From Spirochaetia bacterium (GTDB taxonomy: Bacteria > Spirochaetota > Spirochaetia > SZUA-6 > Bin103), in assembly GCA_965198005.1 (NCBI GenBank), contig CBDAOI010000002.1:128001-192000 (forward strand): a DNA stretch of 64,000 bases. The letters are read 5' to 3'. The position numbers and the translations under genes were made by a program. The notes beneath the pieces were generated by a model. That model saw nothing but the letters and a program-made list of their open reading frames with translations. It did not search any database and had not been told where the DNA came from. Positions 38,603 to 49,952 of this stretch are shown one piece after another (within the stretch, counting starts at the first letter, position 1; every line of letters begins with the position of its first letter).

Positions 38603-40423
38603 ATGGTTTATATTAAATTTCGCAAGTGCCTCGCCGTACTGATTGGCCTGGCCCTGACCGCAACCGGCCTCTGGGCCGGCGCTGCCAGCGAAGAGGAGCC
38701 GGCAGCGGCGGCCGAAAAGGAAATGGTGCGCGACCCGGCCACCGGCAAGATCGTGACCGCGCCAGAGTATGGCGGGACAATAACCTATGGCCGGAGCGGG
38801 AAGACAGGTGAGCATTCTGATGCCTGGTTCATTGGTGGCTGGGCGACCCACTACATCTCTTTGGTTAATGAGAAGCTAGGCATCGGGAACTGGGCAATAG
38901 ATAGGAATGAATTTGACTGGAGGAGCTTATTCATGCCTGAATTTGCCGTAACAGGGTTGCTGGCGGAAAGCTGGGAACAGCCCGACCCACTGACTTATAT
39001 CTTCCACATCCGCCAGGGCGTTAACTTCCACGATAAGCCACCGGTGAACGGACGGGAACTGACTGCCAAAGATATCGAGTATAACTTTCATCGTATATTG
39101 GGGCTGGGCAGCGGCTTCAGCGAAGCCAGCCCTGCGTTGGGTACGCTCGCGTGGGTGAAATTCGAGTCGGTCACGGCCACCGACACATGGACGGTGGTTA
39201 TCAAGCTGAAGGAGCTAAACCTTAATGCCCTGATAAATATGCTCCAGTGGGCCGACGGTATTGTGATATACCCTCCGGAGGTCATCGAGCAACACGGCGA
39301 CGTTAAGGATTGGCGGAACGTAGTCGGCACCGGGCCCTTTGAGCTGACGGACTTGGTCGAAGGCAGCTCTATAACGTGGACCAAGAATCCTGACTACTGG
39401 CGCTACGACGAAAAATACCCGCAGAACCGCTTGCCCTATGTTGACGAGATAATAGCCTTGTTGATGCGAGAAGAGGCAACACGTCTGGCGGCACTGCGCG
39501 CGGGTAGGATTGATATGCTGGGGTCGGTCGGTGACAGTGCATTGACGTCTATCGACCAGGTAGAGAGCCTCGAGCAGACCAACCCCGAAATCGATCTGTG
39601 GCCGTTTAAGTTTCGGGGCGGCAACAGCTTTATTTTCGTCAATGTGAACGCACCGCCCTGGAATGACATCCGGGTGCGCCAGGCCATGCAGATGGCACTG
39701 GACCTAGAGACAATTAACAATACCTTCTTTAAGGGTTATGGCGATGCGACTCCGAATGGACGTATAGCCAATAATGTAAAAGGGATGGGCACGCCATTTG
39801 AGGAGTGGCCTGAAGAGCTCAAGAAGGTCTATGACTATGACCCGGAAGGGGCAGAAGCTTTGCTCGATGCGGCTGGGTATCCTCGCGGCGCCGACGGCAT
39901 TAGAATCAAGACCTCGATTGCCCAAGGTGACTGGGAAGATCCGAGCTACGCAGAAATAGTCGCGGAATACTGGCGTGATATTGGCGTGGAGATCGCGATA
40001 GATGCAATGGATATTACGAGACTGCACGGAGCGGCCGGACCAGATCAGACTACCTACAGATTGAGAGGATACGCAATGGCCATCAGGTACTATCCTGTCC
40101 CAATGTTGGGAGAATGGACAACGGAAATAGAAAGCCCGTGGGCCCCCTCCGGCTTTAGCGTCCCCGAATTTGACGCTCTATTTCAGGCCGCCTCTGCTGC
40201 TTCCACCTTCGAGGAGCAGAATAGATCCGCCAAAGAGGCAAATATGTTGCTCCTAGAACATCAAACTGTGGTATGGGGTCCCGAAGTCCCACATTTCACC
40301 GCAACGCAGCCGTGGGTCAAAGGTTATAACGGCGAAATAAGAATAGGACACGGCCAGCAGAGCCAAAACGTCTTAACCCGCCTCTGGATTGATAGTGAGA
40401 TGAAGGAAGCAATGGGTCATTAG
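38603..40423 (+). CDS. peptide/nickel ABC transporter substrate-binding protein (family 5)
   Basis: Signal peptide; LAESWE, FHDKPPVNGRELTAKD, GTGPF, KNPDYW, DIRVRQAM. Confidence 0.92.
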   Translation: MVYIKFRKCLAVLIGLALTATGLWAGAASEEEPAAAAEKEMVRDPATGKIVTAPEYGGTITYGRSGKTGEHSDAWFIGGWATHYISLVNEKLGIGNWAIDRNEFDWRSLFMPEFAVTGLLAESWEQPDPLTYIFHIRQGVNFHDKPPVNGRELTAKDIEYNFHRILGLGSGFSEASPALGTLAWVKFESVTATDTWTVVIKLKELNLNALINMLQWADGIVIYPPEVIEQHGDVKDWRNVVGTGPFELTDLVEGSSITWTKNPDYWRYDEKYPQNRLPYVDEIIALLMREEATRLAALRAGRIDMLGSVGDSALTSIDQVESLEQTNPEIDLWPFKFRGGNSFIFVNVNAPPWNDIRVRQAMQMALDLETINNTFFKGYGDATPNGRIANNVKGMGTPFEEWPEELKKVYDYDPEGAEALLDAAGYPRGADGIRIKTSIAQGDWEDPSYAEIVAEYWRDIGVEIAIDAMDITRLHGAAGPDQTTYRLRGYAMAIRYYPVPMLGEWTTEIESPWAPSGFSVPEFDALFQAASAASTFEEQNRSAKEANMLLLEHQTVVWGPEVPHFTATQPWVKGYNGEIRIGHGQQSQNVLTRLWIDSEMKEAMGH

Positions 40424-40449
40424 GGCTCCGCCCTTGTGGCCGACCTCAG

Positions 40450-40483
40450 GGAGAGCTGGGAAGCTGAAACATCCCAGCTCTCC
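40450..40483 (+). terminator. intergenic stem-loop (terminator or mRNA stabiliser)
   Basis: ggagagctggga-N10-tcccagctctcc, 12-bp stem after the SBP gene. Confidence 0.6.
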
Positions 40484-40514
40484 ATTCCTTGGATAATGAC
40501 AGGACGTCTGTGAT

Positions 40515-41471
40515 ATGAGAGCCTATATCATCAGGCGGTTATTGCTGATAATCCCCACCCTGTTTCTATTGACCATCCTGGTCTTTCTCTCGGTGCGCTT
40601 CATCCCCGGCGATATAATAGACTCGATGGTGGATGAAATGCAATGGGTGTTTGGCAATTTTGACCGTGAAGATCTTGAGCGTATGCTGGGATTAGACGTG
40701 CCTGTCCACGTGCAGTATGGCCGCTGGATGGGAGGTATCTTACTGCACGGGACCCTTGGCGACACACTGCTTGGCGGTTGGACGGTAGAGGAGAAGATAT
40801 TAGGTAGATTGCCAGTCACCCTTGAGCTTGGTGTCATGTCCATCGTCATCGGGCTGGTGATAGCGCTCCCTGTCGGGATCTACTCGGCGATTCGCCACGA
40901 TACGGCCGCCGACTACGTGGGGCGCTCCATCGCCATCATCGGCCTGGCAACGCCTAACTTCTGGCTGGGAATCATGGTCATGCTCTACCCCTCAATCTGG
41001 TGGAACTGGTCGCCACCGATGAAGCTGATTCCCTTCACCGAAGACCCGCTGGGGAATCTGGGGATGTTCCTCATTCCCAGCCTGATTCTGGGAACGGCCA
41101 TGTCTGCTGCCACCATGCGGATGACGCGCACCATGATGCTGGAGGTGCTCAGGCAGGACTATATCAGGACGGCCTGGTCCAAGGGTCTCGATGAAAGGTT
41201 CGTGGTTCTGAGACACGCCCTCAAGAATGCCTTCATCCCGGTAGTTACCCTGATAGGCCTGCAGTTTCCCATCCTGGTCGGCGGCTCCGTCATCATAGAG
41301 AACATATTCAACCTGCCGGGGTTAGGTGGCCTCTTTCTGGATGCACTCCGAACCAGAGACTACCCGGTGGTCTCCGGAGTGAACCTGTTTTTCTCCGCCG
41401 TAGTCATGCTCAACATTCTACTTATCGACCTGATCTATCCTTATTTGGACCCCAGGGTCCGGTATCGATGA
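40515..41471 (+). CDS. peptide ABC transporter permease (DppB/OppB-like)
   Basis: YIIRRLL, IPGD, DYIRTAWSKGL, HALKNA, LDPRV. Confidence 0.92.
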   Translation: MRAYIIRRLLLIIPTLFLLTILVFLSVRFIPGDIIDSMVDEMQWVFGNFDREDLERMLGLDVPVHVQYGRWMGGILLHGTLGDTLLGGWTVEEKILGRLPVTLELGVMSIVIGLVIALPVGIYSAIRHDTAADYVGRSIAIIGLATPNFWLGIMVMLYPSIWWNWSPPMKLIPFTEDPLGNLGMFLIPSLILGTAMSAATMRMTRTMMLEVLRQDYIRTAWSKGLDERFVVLRHALKNAFIPVVTLIGLQFPILVGGSVIIENIFNLPGLGGLFLDALRTRDYPVVSGVNLFFSAVVMLNILLIDLIYPYLDPRVRYR

Positions 41472-42388
41472 GGCCACCCTCCCCGGTCCGTGACTCCACG
41501 CGACATACCGGGCTGGCTGATTTCTTTATCAGGCTGGTCAAGGAGAAGCCGCTGGGTACTGTCAGCGGCATTATCATTTTGATATTGATTCTCGTCGCTA
41601 TCTTTGCCGATGTTCTGGCTCCTTATCCATATTTTCAAATTCACCTGGCAGACAGGCTTCAGGGCTCATCAGCCCAGTATCTGCTCGGTACCGACCAGTT
41701 GGGGCGAGACCTCTTGAGCCGCCTTATCTACGGGGCCCGTCTTTCGTTAGGTGTCGGATTGGCCGCCACCACTCTCAACGTTGTGGTGGCTGTCATGATA
41801 GGCGGCCCTTCAGGATTCTTTGGCGGTAAACTGGACCTGAGTGTGCAGAGATTCGTCGATGCCTGGATTACTTTCCCAGGGCTGCTCCTGTTGTTAACCG
41901 TAATGTCCGTAGTGGGGCGAGGGTTGATACAGATAATACTGGTCCTGGGGATATCAGGAGGTATCGGCGCCTCGAGAGTAGTCAGAGGCGCGGTTATCGG
42001 CATAAAGGAGAGTGATTACTTTCTGGCGGCGCCGGCCATTGGCGCCTCGAGATGGAGAACATTTATCCGGCATGTCCTGCCCAATATTGCGGCTCCGGTC
42101 ATCATCATATTCAGCATCAACATCGGAGGGGTGATTATTGCTGAGGCCTCTCTGAGCTTCCTGGGATTCGGTCTGCCAGTCAACATTCCTAGCTGGGGAG
42201 GTCTGCTCAGCCGGGAAGGGCGCAGATACATGGAGCAAGCGCCACACCTCGCTCTCCTTCCCGGTCTTGTCCTGACTATTACCGTTTACAGTCTCAACAT
42301 GTTCGGCGACGCGGTGCGCGACCTGCTCGACCCGCGGCTCAGGGGTGGTGGGGGGCGTCTGGGTGCCGACGGCGCCACGTCCGTTTAA
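41468..42388 (+). CDS. peptide ABC transporter permease (DppC/OppC-like)
   Basis: LGTDQLGRDLLSRLIYGAR, HVLPN, LSFLGFG, GDAVRDLLDPR. Confidence 0.92.
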   Translation: MRPPSPVRDSTRHTGLADFFIRLVKEKPLGTVSGIIILILILVAIFADVLAPYPYFQIHLADRLQGSSAQYLLGTDQLGRDLLSRLIYGARLSLGVGLAATTLNVVVAVMIGGPSGFFGGKLDLSVQRFVDAWITFPGLLLLLTVMSVVGRGLIQIILVLGISGGIGASRVVRGAVIGIKESDYFLAAPAIGASRWRTFIRHVLPNIAAPVIIIFSINIGGVIIAEASLSFLGFGLPVNIPSWGGLLSREGRRYMEQAPHLALLPGLVLTITVYSLNMFGDAVRDLLDPRLRGGGGRLGADGATSV

Positions 42389-43258
42389 GGCCGCTGGTTC
42401 GAGGTCCACCACTACGGGGTCTCCCGCGAGACTGGAATGATCGACTACGGCGAGGCGGAGGCGAGGATTTTGGAGGTGCGGCCGCGACTGCTGATCGCTG
42501 GCGGGTCCTCCTACCCGCGAACCCTGGACTTCGAGAGGCTGGCCGACGCTGCCCGGACGGTCGGTGCGTACTTCGTGGTGGATATGGCGCATATCGCCGG
42601 CCTCGTGGCTGGCGGCGCCCACCCGTCGCCGATACCGCACGCCGATATTGTCACCTGCACCACCACAAAGACCCTGCGCGGGCCGCGCGGCGGAATGATC
42701 CTCGCGCGGGATGAGAGCTGGAGAAGGAAATTGCAATCCGCCGTCTTTCCGGGCGTCCAGGGCAGCATCCACACTCAGGTCATAGCCGCGAAGGCGGTCT
42801 GCCTGGGCGAGGCGCTGCAACCGGAGTTCAGAGTCTACGCCCACCAAGTCAAGAAGAACGCCGCGCGCTTGGCCGCGGTCCTGGCCGATGGCGGACTGGC
42901 GGTCGTTACCGGCGGCACGGACACCCACATCGTCCTGCTGGACCTATCCGACATCGGAATGACCGGTCAGGCTGCCGAGCGCGTTCTCGAGCGGTACGGC
43001 ATCACGACCAACAAGAATCCGATCCCGTTCGACGTCAGCAATCCGGCCGAGTGGAGCGGGCTGCGGATAGGAGTCGCGGCCGCCACCACGCGCGGGTTCC
43101 GGGAGGCGGAAATGGAACAGCTCGGACAGGTGATTTCCTCCCTGCTGACGGCACCCGGTGCCGGCGACGAGGCGCAACGGATCGTGGCGAGGCTCTGCCG
43201 ATCGTTCCCGCTCGGCATGCGGACGCATGACGGTGTTGCTGTTGTTCGGCCTGGGTGA
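42388..43258 (+). pseudogene. SHMT-family gene, 5'-truncated (copy 2)
   Basis: Begins at GRWFEVHHY directly after the permease stop codon. Confidence 0.88.
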
Positions 43259-44028
43259 TCCTTGGTAGTATTGGCGACAACATGAGCGGGCCGAACGAAA
43301 CTGTTTCCATGACGGTGGTGAACTGGAATGTCGAGTGGGCCACCCCCGGATCCTGGAGTCGTCGCGACGAGATCCTGAGCCGTATCGACCGGGAAGCTCT
43401 GGACATTGTGTGTCTCACGGAGTCGGACATCAGGCTGTTGGCCGGCATGCCGGGCCACACGATCCACTCTCAGCCGGACGGCGTAAAGGGGATCGACAAC
43501 CTACGGAAGGTGCTCCTTTGGTCGAGAGAGCCATGGGAGCAGGTCGATGACTTCGGAGTAGACTCGATGCCTCCAGGCAGGTTCGTATCCGGCGTCACCC
43601 GTACGCCCTTGGGCGACATGATGGTCCTGGGTGTTTGCATACCGTACCAGCATTCGCGGACGAAGTGGACGGGCGACCGTGTCACGCGCAAACCCTGGGA
43701 GGATCACCGACAGTATCTGGCAGACCTCCCGAAGGTGTTCGAACGGGCCTCATCGAAGCGCTTGATCGTCCTGGGGGACTTCAACCAGCAGGTTGGGCAG
43801 AGCGGTTATGCACCGCCGGAGATTCGGGATGCCCTGCGGGACGCCATCCCGCCAGGTATCACGATTGCCACCGCCGCGCTCGGTTTCGGCGGCCGAAGGG
43901 TGATCGACCACGTTGCGCTGAGCGAGGATCTGTCAGCGCGGTCTCTGCGGCTGATCAGCCGATTCCACCAGGAGAGGAAACTGTCAGACCACCCAGGGGT
44001 GGTTGCCGATCTGTCATCGCTGGTGTAG
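43255..44028 (+). CDS. EEP family protein (copy 2)
   Basis: Same motifs as copy 1, with 7 aa differences. Confidence 0.88.
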   Translation: MILGSIGDNMSGPNETVSMTVVNWNVEWATPGSWSRRDEILSRIDREALDIVCLTESDIRLLAGMPGHTIHSQPDGVKGIDNLRKVLLWSREPWEQVDDFGVDSMPPGRFVSGVTRTPLGDMMVLGVCIPYQHSRTKWTGDRVTRKPWEDHRQYLADLPKVFERASSKRLIVLGDFNQQVGQSGYAPPEIRDALRDAIPPGITIATAALGFGGRRVIDHVALSEDLSARSLRLISRFHQERKLSDHPGVVADLSSLV

Positions 44029-44044
44029 CCGACCGATTCCAGTC

Positions 44045-44936
44045 GGTCTGGTCGGTCTTCTCCAAGGCGGCCGCCGCTGTGGACGAGCACCGGCTCCTGA
44101 CCGAACTGCGCCTGTTCGGTCGCGTCAAGCGCCGGCTCGCGCAGATGGAGCGCCCGCCGTTCGAGTTCTGCGTGGTGGACGAGGCGCAGGACATCGGCGT
44201 GGCCGAGTTGCGCTTTCTGGCCGCCCTCGGCGCCGGGCACCCGGACGCCCTGTTCTTCGTCGGCGACCTCGGTCAAAGGATCTTCCAGACGCCGTTCTCC
44301 TGGCGAGCCTTGGGGGTCGACATCCGCGGCCGCTCGCACACCCTGCGGGTCAACTACCGCACCTCCCATCAGATCCGGCGGCAGGCGGACCGGCTGCTGC
44401 CGCCGGAGACCTCGGACGTGGACGGCAACACCGACCGGCGAACCGGCACCGTCTCCGTATTCAATGGCGCGGAACCGGTGATTCAGGTCCGCCCCTCGCA
44501 TGACACGGAGACTGCAGCAATCGCGGAGTGGCTGAAGTCCCGCGGGCAGGAAGAGTATGCACCGCACGAGATGGGCGTGTTCGTCCGATCGAAGGCCGAA
44601 CTGGACAGAGCCATCGCGGCGGTTGAAGGGTCAGGCTATTCGGCCGTCGATCTGGCGCAGCACGCGGGCGGCGTCTCGGGCAACGTCGCCGTCGGTACGA
44701 TGCACCTCGCGAAGGGCCTCGAGTTTCGCGCCGTGGTCGTCGCCGCCTGCGATGCCGAGGCGCTGCCGTCGCAGGCAAGAATCGAGCGAGTCGGCGATCA
44801 AGCCGAACTCGACGAGGTCTACACCACCGAGCGCCACCTGCTCTACGTCGCGTGCACCCATGCCCGCGATCATCTCCTGGTGACTGGCGTCGAACCGGCC
44901 TCCGAGTTCCTCGACGACCTGTTCAGCGAGCACTGA
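44045..44936 (+). pseudogene. UvrD C-terminal fragment (in frame)
   Basis: VVDEAQD..FFVGDLGQRIF..NYRT..AKGLEF..THAR; no Walker A. Confidence 0.85.
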
Positions 44937-45444
44937 CAACTGGACTACCAGCCTGAACAACAGCGAGAATCCGGCAGCGGCATACACCGCTGCCGCGGAC
45001 GCGCTCTCCGCCAACACCGCGTAATTCAGGCCACCCGCTCCGAGGAGTGACCCGCCTACGCAGTCCTTGTCGGTGTCGACGCACCGCAATATGATAAACA
45101 CTGTGTCGGCAACAAGTGAGACCTCGCGTCCGTCGACGAGACCAAACGTATTGTGTCCATCGCACAGCCGTTTCGACACCTATTGATGGTACGACGCCGA
45201 TATCGCGCGGGCTCCCCTCAGGGGTGGTACCACGGCTCCGGCGCCTCAAATAGAAAACGACCACATGCGCGAGTGCAGCGTCAGACGCTCTTCCTTACCA
45301 TCGTGATTCCCACCGGTTCGGAACGCATTCCAAAGTGTTGCTGATGACCCGACCACGCATCCTGGCTATCTTCAGGTTGCTGTCTTCCAGGCACCCACTG
45401 ATGCAAATCAGTCCTTCGAAGATCGAAGCTATTGGTGGCCGCCC

Positions 45445-46443
45445 ATGTCTGTATCAAACCAACGCACAACAGAGGTTCCAAGATTGATATCCGTCAACAA
45501 GCAACAGTGCCAGATCTGGCCGAACAGCGACGCAATCTATTCCGATCCTGAGCAAGGAATCATACGGCTTGTGTCACCCCGAGCGGGTGGCACATATCGG
45601 CTTCGCGAACAGCCGTGGCTTGAGATGCCCAAGCTCAGCAATCCTGAACGAGCACGGTTAACAACATTGCTTGTAGACCAGAGAACCCACGGCGATGAGG
45701 AGCCGTCAGTCACGATCGCTTTGATCGATACGGCCCGCAACAGGCGTCCTCGTACCATACCGGAGAGGGCGGAACGGCTTCTCAGATACATAGCCGAGTG
45801 CTTGGTGTCAGTCGGGGACTCTGTCAATCTGAATTGGGAGCCCGCCTCGACCTCAGGAATAGACGAGGGGGCGATGGCGTGGTCGGAGTCCCTATCGTTG
45901 GAAGAGATCCAGTACTTTCTAAATTATCTCCTACAACAGAACTGGATATCTAGTGTTGGTCAGAACCGCTATAACGTCACCGTGGATGGTTATAGCTACA
46001 TTACGGAACTCAAAGCAAATTCTAGTTCGGCGCAAGCGTTTGTAGCGATGTGGTTCAATGGTGAAATGCGCGAAATCTACGACAACGGTTTCAAACCTGC
46101 AATTGAACGAGCCGGATATATTCCCATGAGAATAGACACGAAGGACGATGTCGTCAAGATTGATGACGCGATAATCGCAGAAATCAGGCGTTCGCGATTC
46201 TTGGTAGCAGATTCTACGCACGGAAAAGAAGGTGCACGCGGAGGCGTTTACTATGAGGCTGGATTCGCATTCGGCCTCGGGCTTCCCGTCATCTATACAT
46301 GCCGAGAAGACATGGTGGATAAGATTCACTTCGACACACGCCAGTATCACCATACGGTGTGGAAGACCGCTGAGAGCCTGCGAGAGAGCCTGAAGAATCG
46401 GATCGTCGCGCTCATCGGAGAGGGTCCAAACAGGACTAGCTGA
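45445..46443 (+). CDS. wHTH-like + NDT/TIR-like protein (copy 2)
   Basis: 2 aa differences from 27282-28280. Confidence 0.8.
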   Translation: MSVSNQRTTEVPRLISVNKQQCQIWPNSDAIYSDPEQGIIRLVSPRAGGTYRLREQPWLEMPKLSNPERARLTTLLVDQRTHGDEEPSVTIALIDTARNRRPRTIPERAERLLRYIAECLVSVGDSVNLNWEPASTSGIDEGAMAWSESLSLEEIQYFLNYLLQQNWISSVGQNRYNVTVDGYSYITELKANSSSAQAFVAMWFNGEMREIYDNGFKPAIERAGYIPMRIDTKDDVVKIDDAIIAEIRRSRFLVADSTHGKEGARGGVYYEAGFAFGLGLPVIYTCREDMVDKIHFDTRQYHHTVWKTAESLRESLKNRIVALIGEGPNRTS

Positions 46444-47018
46444 GCGTCCATTTTGGGACGACGGTCCAGTGCAATCTTGCAGGGGAGGTCACGTGGAAAC
46501 ACTCATAGAGAGGGATGCACGTCGGACATCACGAGATCCTCCTGTGTCAGCGCCGCTATCGACTGGTCGTAGTTGAAGGTGAAATCGTACAGAGACCCTG
46601 CCTGCGGGCTACCGGTTTTTTGGTAGTACAGCCAGAAACGGGGACACCAGTCCCGACGAAGACCGCCGTTCCGCCGCGAAACCTAGCGTCGATGTATGAG
46701 TGGCCGTTTCTGTCCCAACACAACATCGCGCCTAATCTTGGTCGGCGCCAGTGCTTGGGCTGATCGATGCGTTCGGGCCGGAGGGTAAGGTCGAAGCAAT
46801 TCTCGAACGGATACGTGCTGTGAGTCAACTCAATCGCGCTACCGTCAGCCATGCTCCTATCCTACTGATCAGGTTACCGATAGTGTATCTCATATGGGTC
46901 GGATCATGGAACAATTCCTTGCCACATCTTTGGCGGGTGCTGTCAGGTCCTGTGGATCGTGCGGAAGATGCCCCGACAGTGGTCCGGCGCTGCGCTATCG
47001 TCGGGCCGAGACACTGCG

Positions 47019-47801
47019 ATGAGTGCCGCGCCAAGCGCGGATGAGCGCTGCTCGTTCGAGACCGACGGGTTTGTGGTGGTCGAGTCGTTCCTTGGTTGCG
47101 ACCACGTTGCTCGGTTGCGCGCGGCGTTGCAGCGGGCGGTCGCGCGGCGCCGGGAGCTGGAGCGGAGCCGCACGCCGCACTTCGCGCGGCCGGGTGTGGA
47201 CCATGCAGGCAGTACCCGGATCTTCTACCTGCTGGCGGATGATCCGCTGTTTCTGGGGCTGGCCGACTACCCGCCGGTGATGCCCTACATTCGCGCCCTG
47301 CTCAACCAGAACCAGCCGCACTTCCATGCCTCCGACGCGTTCTGGGAGGAAGGAGCGCGCGCGGCCCGCGCAGGCTGGCACATCGACGGCCCCGACAACG
47401 GCTTCCGCAACCTGCGACCGCGGGTGCCGATGCTGGAGTTGAAGATCGGCTACTTCCTGTCCGACATGACGCAACCGGATCAGGGCAATCTCATGGTGGT
47501 GCCCGGCTCCCACAGGACCGACTTCGAACCCACGGCGGAAGCGCTCAGCGGCTTCGATACTTTCCCCGGCGCCACCCAGGTGTGCTGCCCGGCCGGCTCC
47601 TGCGTCATCTTCCACAATGCGCTGTGGCATACGCGCGGCCCCTCCACCCGCGCCGACGGGCGCCGCATCATGCTCTACTACGCCTACGAGCACCCGTGGA
47701 TGATCGCCAGCCCCGAGCACACCGCCTACCCGCGCGAGTTCTACACCGGGCTGTCCGGCGCCCGCCGCAAGCTGTTCCACGACTTCCTGTTCCGGCCCTG
47801 A
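47019..47801 (+). CDS. phytanoyl-CoA dioxygenase (PhyH) family 2OG-Fe(II) oxygenase
   Basis: DGFVVV, GWHIDG (HxD), VVPGSH, FHNALWH, RIML. Confidence 0.9.
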   Translation: MSAAPSADERCSFETDGFVVVESFLGCDHVARLRAALQRAVARRRELERSRTPHFARPGVDHAGSTRIFYLLADDPLFLGLADYPPVMPYIRALLNQNQPHFHASDAFWEEGARAARAGWHIDGPDNGFRNLRPRVPMLELKIGYFLSDMTQPDQGNLMVVPGSHRTDFEPTAEALSGFDTFPGATQVCCPAGSCVIFHNALWHTRGPSTRADGRRIMLYYAYEHPWMIASPEHTAYPREFYTGLSGARRKLFHDFLFRP

Positions 47802-47939
47802 CGGGCTACGGGTCCATCAGCAGGGTTCGCAGGTAGTCGCGGAACAGGATGGTTTCGCTGAGGTTGTCGACCCGGTTGCAGTCTCCCCACTCGGTCCACA
47901 CGTAAGGCTTCGACAGTTTCCTGTGGCTGATCTGCCGTC

Positions 47940-48330
47940 AGCGTCACCATGGTGCGACCGGCTCCATGTCCCACGCTTCCACGACGGACGCGCGCGCCGC
48001 GCCGCCGACCGCGAACAGCCGGACTGCGGTGCTGTCCGCGCGTGTCGGGTAGACCCGCTGGGTAAGGCACTGGCGGCGGTTGGCGAACACCTCATCACTG
48101 TCCGATCGATGAACACCCGCAGCTCCAGGGCTTCCCCCTTCGCTAGGTGGAAGGGTGCCGCCCGCACCGTGCCGGCGGTAGGAAACGCCTCCGCGCGGGT
48201 CGGATCGTAGTCCCAGTACTGCATGTCATCCGCCAGGCCGGAATGCCGGAAATCGATCTGCAGCTTTCGCTCCCCGGCAGGCAGGAGATCACGGTCTGCT
48301 CGCTGCCGTCCGGCGAGCACAGCACTTTCA
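47940..48330 (-). pseudogene. glycoside hydrolase family 32 C-terminal fragment
   Basis: [31 protein letters not shown] across frames. Confidence 0.7.
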
Positions 48331-48398
48331 CCCCACCGTGGACGCGTCGCCGGGATCGATCCGCAGGAACAATTCGAGGCCGCTCCCGGAGATGCCGC

Positions 48399-49708
48399 AT
48401 CGAGATCCCGCGCTATGTCGCCTCCGGGAGCGCCGTGTTCTCCGGTGTGCCGGACAGCCAGTTGTTGAACTACGGCGTACCCGCTGAGTGGCTGAATGAC
48501 GTCAGGCAGGCGGCTGACGAGGACGCGCTCCTGGCCCTGACGGATCATCTTCCCGCCGAGGCCACCGAGGCGCTGCTGGCACTGGCTACCGGGAGCACAC
48601 CGGAGCGGCCGGTCCGCGGAGGCACGCACGGGGATCCGTTTGCCCATCCCGATGCGCAACGCCGCTTCCGCGTCATGTCCAACCAGGAGGAGCTGCGCCG
48701 GGCGTTCGAATATCCGTGGGAGAAGTGGACGGTCTTTCTGCACCCGGCTCAACGGCAGGTGGTGGAACGGAGCTACCGCGGCCCGGCGCGTGTGTCAGGA
48801 TCTGCCGGAACCGGCAAGACCATCGTGGCGCTGCATCGCGCCGTGCATCTTGCCCGCACCCACTCGGACGCACGCGTGCTGCTGACCATGTTCTCCACGG
48901 CACTTGCGGACGCGTTGCGCGCACGAGTGGTGCGACTCATCGCCAATGAACCGAAGATCGCCGAACGGCTGGAGGTGCACGCGATGGCCGACATCGGGCG
49001 GCGGCTCTACCAGGCGCACTTCGGCCGCCCCGATTTGGCGACCCCCGACCGGGGGCGCGAGCTGTTGCGCCAAGCCGCCGCCGAGGTCGAAGACCTGCGG
49101 TTCAGCTTGCGCTTCCTGTGGACCGAGTGGAGCCGCGTGGTCGACGCCTGGCAGCTTGCGAGCTGGGAACATTATCGGGACGTGCCGCGGCTCGGTCGGA
49201 GGACTCGCCTGCCCGAACGGCAGCGGGAGCTCCTCTGGTCGGTCTTCTCCAGGGTGGCCGCCGCTCTGGACGAGCACGGGCTCCTAAGAAACAACAGTTT
49301 CTTACATGACCACGCCGGGCCCCGCCCGGTGGGAAGCTCCTGAGAAACTACCACTGTTTCTGCCATGACTGCGCCGGGCCGCAGGGCCGGTGGGAAGCTC
49401 CTGACCGAACCGCGCCTGTTCGGTCGCCTGCAGCGCCAGATCGCGAAGATGGCGCGCCCGCCGTTCGAGTTCTGCGTGGTGGACGAGGCCCAGGACATCG
49501 GCGTGGCCGAGTTGCGCTTTCTGGCCGCCCTCGGCGCCGGTCGCCCGGACGCCCTGTTCTTCGCCAGCGACCTCGGTCCACGGATCTTCCAGACGCCGTT
49601 CTCCTGGCGCGCCTTGGGGGGCGGCATCCGTGGGCGCTCGCACACCTTGCGGGTCAACTACCGCACCTCCCATCAGATCCGGCGGCAGGCGGACCGGCTG
49701 CTGCCGCC
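48399..49708 (+). pseudogene. UvrD central fragment, interrupted by a 117-bp insert
   Basis: Diverged copy of about 18890-20070 including GSAGTGKT and VVDEAQD. Confidence 0.88.
49280..49404. repeat. two degenerate tandem 56/61-bp units with hairpins inserted in uvrD
   Basis: gctcct(a/g)agaaac..gtttct..catgac..cgccgggcc..ccggtgggaa x2, then gctcctga. Confidence 0.75.
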
Positions 49709-49952
49709 CGGCGGACGGGGCGGACCGGGGCCGACCGGCTGCCGGTTGAAAATACTCCCGCTTCGTGGTTAGATTGGCTCACCGTGCGGTCGGCGCATAT
49801 GGTGCAACCGATAGCCCCGCGATGCTTGGAACTTGGATCGCACTCCCGGCGCATAGCTTTCGCGTCGCTCTGACGCAACAGTTCAAACGCCTCGGAAGTG
49901 CGTTGGAGCGCATAATCGGTAGCCAGAAGTATCGCGGAGCGGTGTGGCACTG

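Larger units (their letters stand above)
42388..46573 (+). repeat. direct repeat unit B
   Basis: Near-identical to 24233-28410. Confidence 0.95.

Noticed and set aside
24233-46573. Diversity-generating retroelement (RT + near-identical repeats)
   Set aside because: The repeats are kilobases long, differences are not adenine-specific, and the RT is group II type.
49280-49404. Mini CRISPR array
   Set aside because: Only two whole-unit degenerate repeats, no unique spacers and no cas genes.
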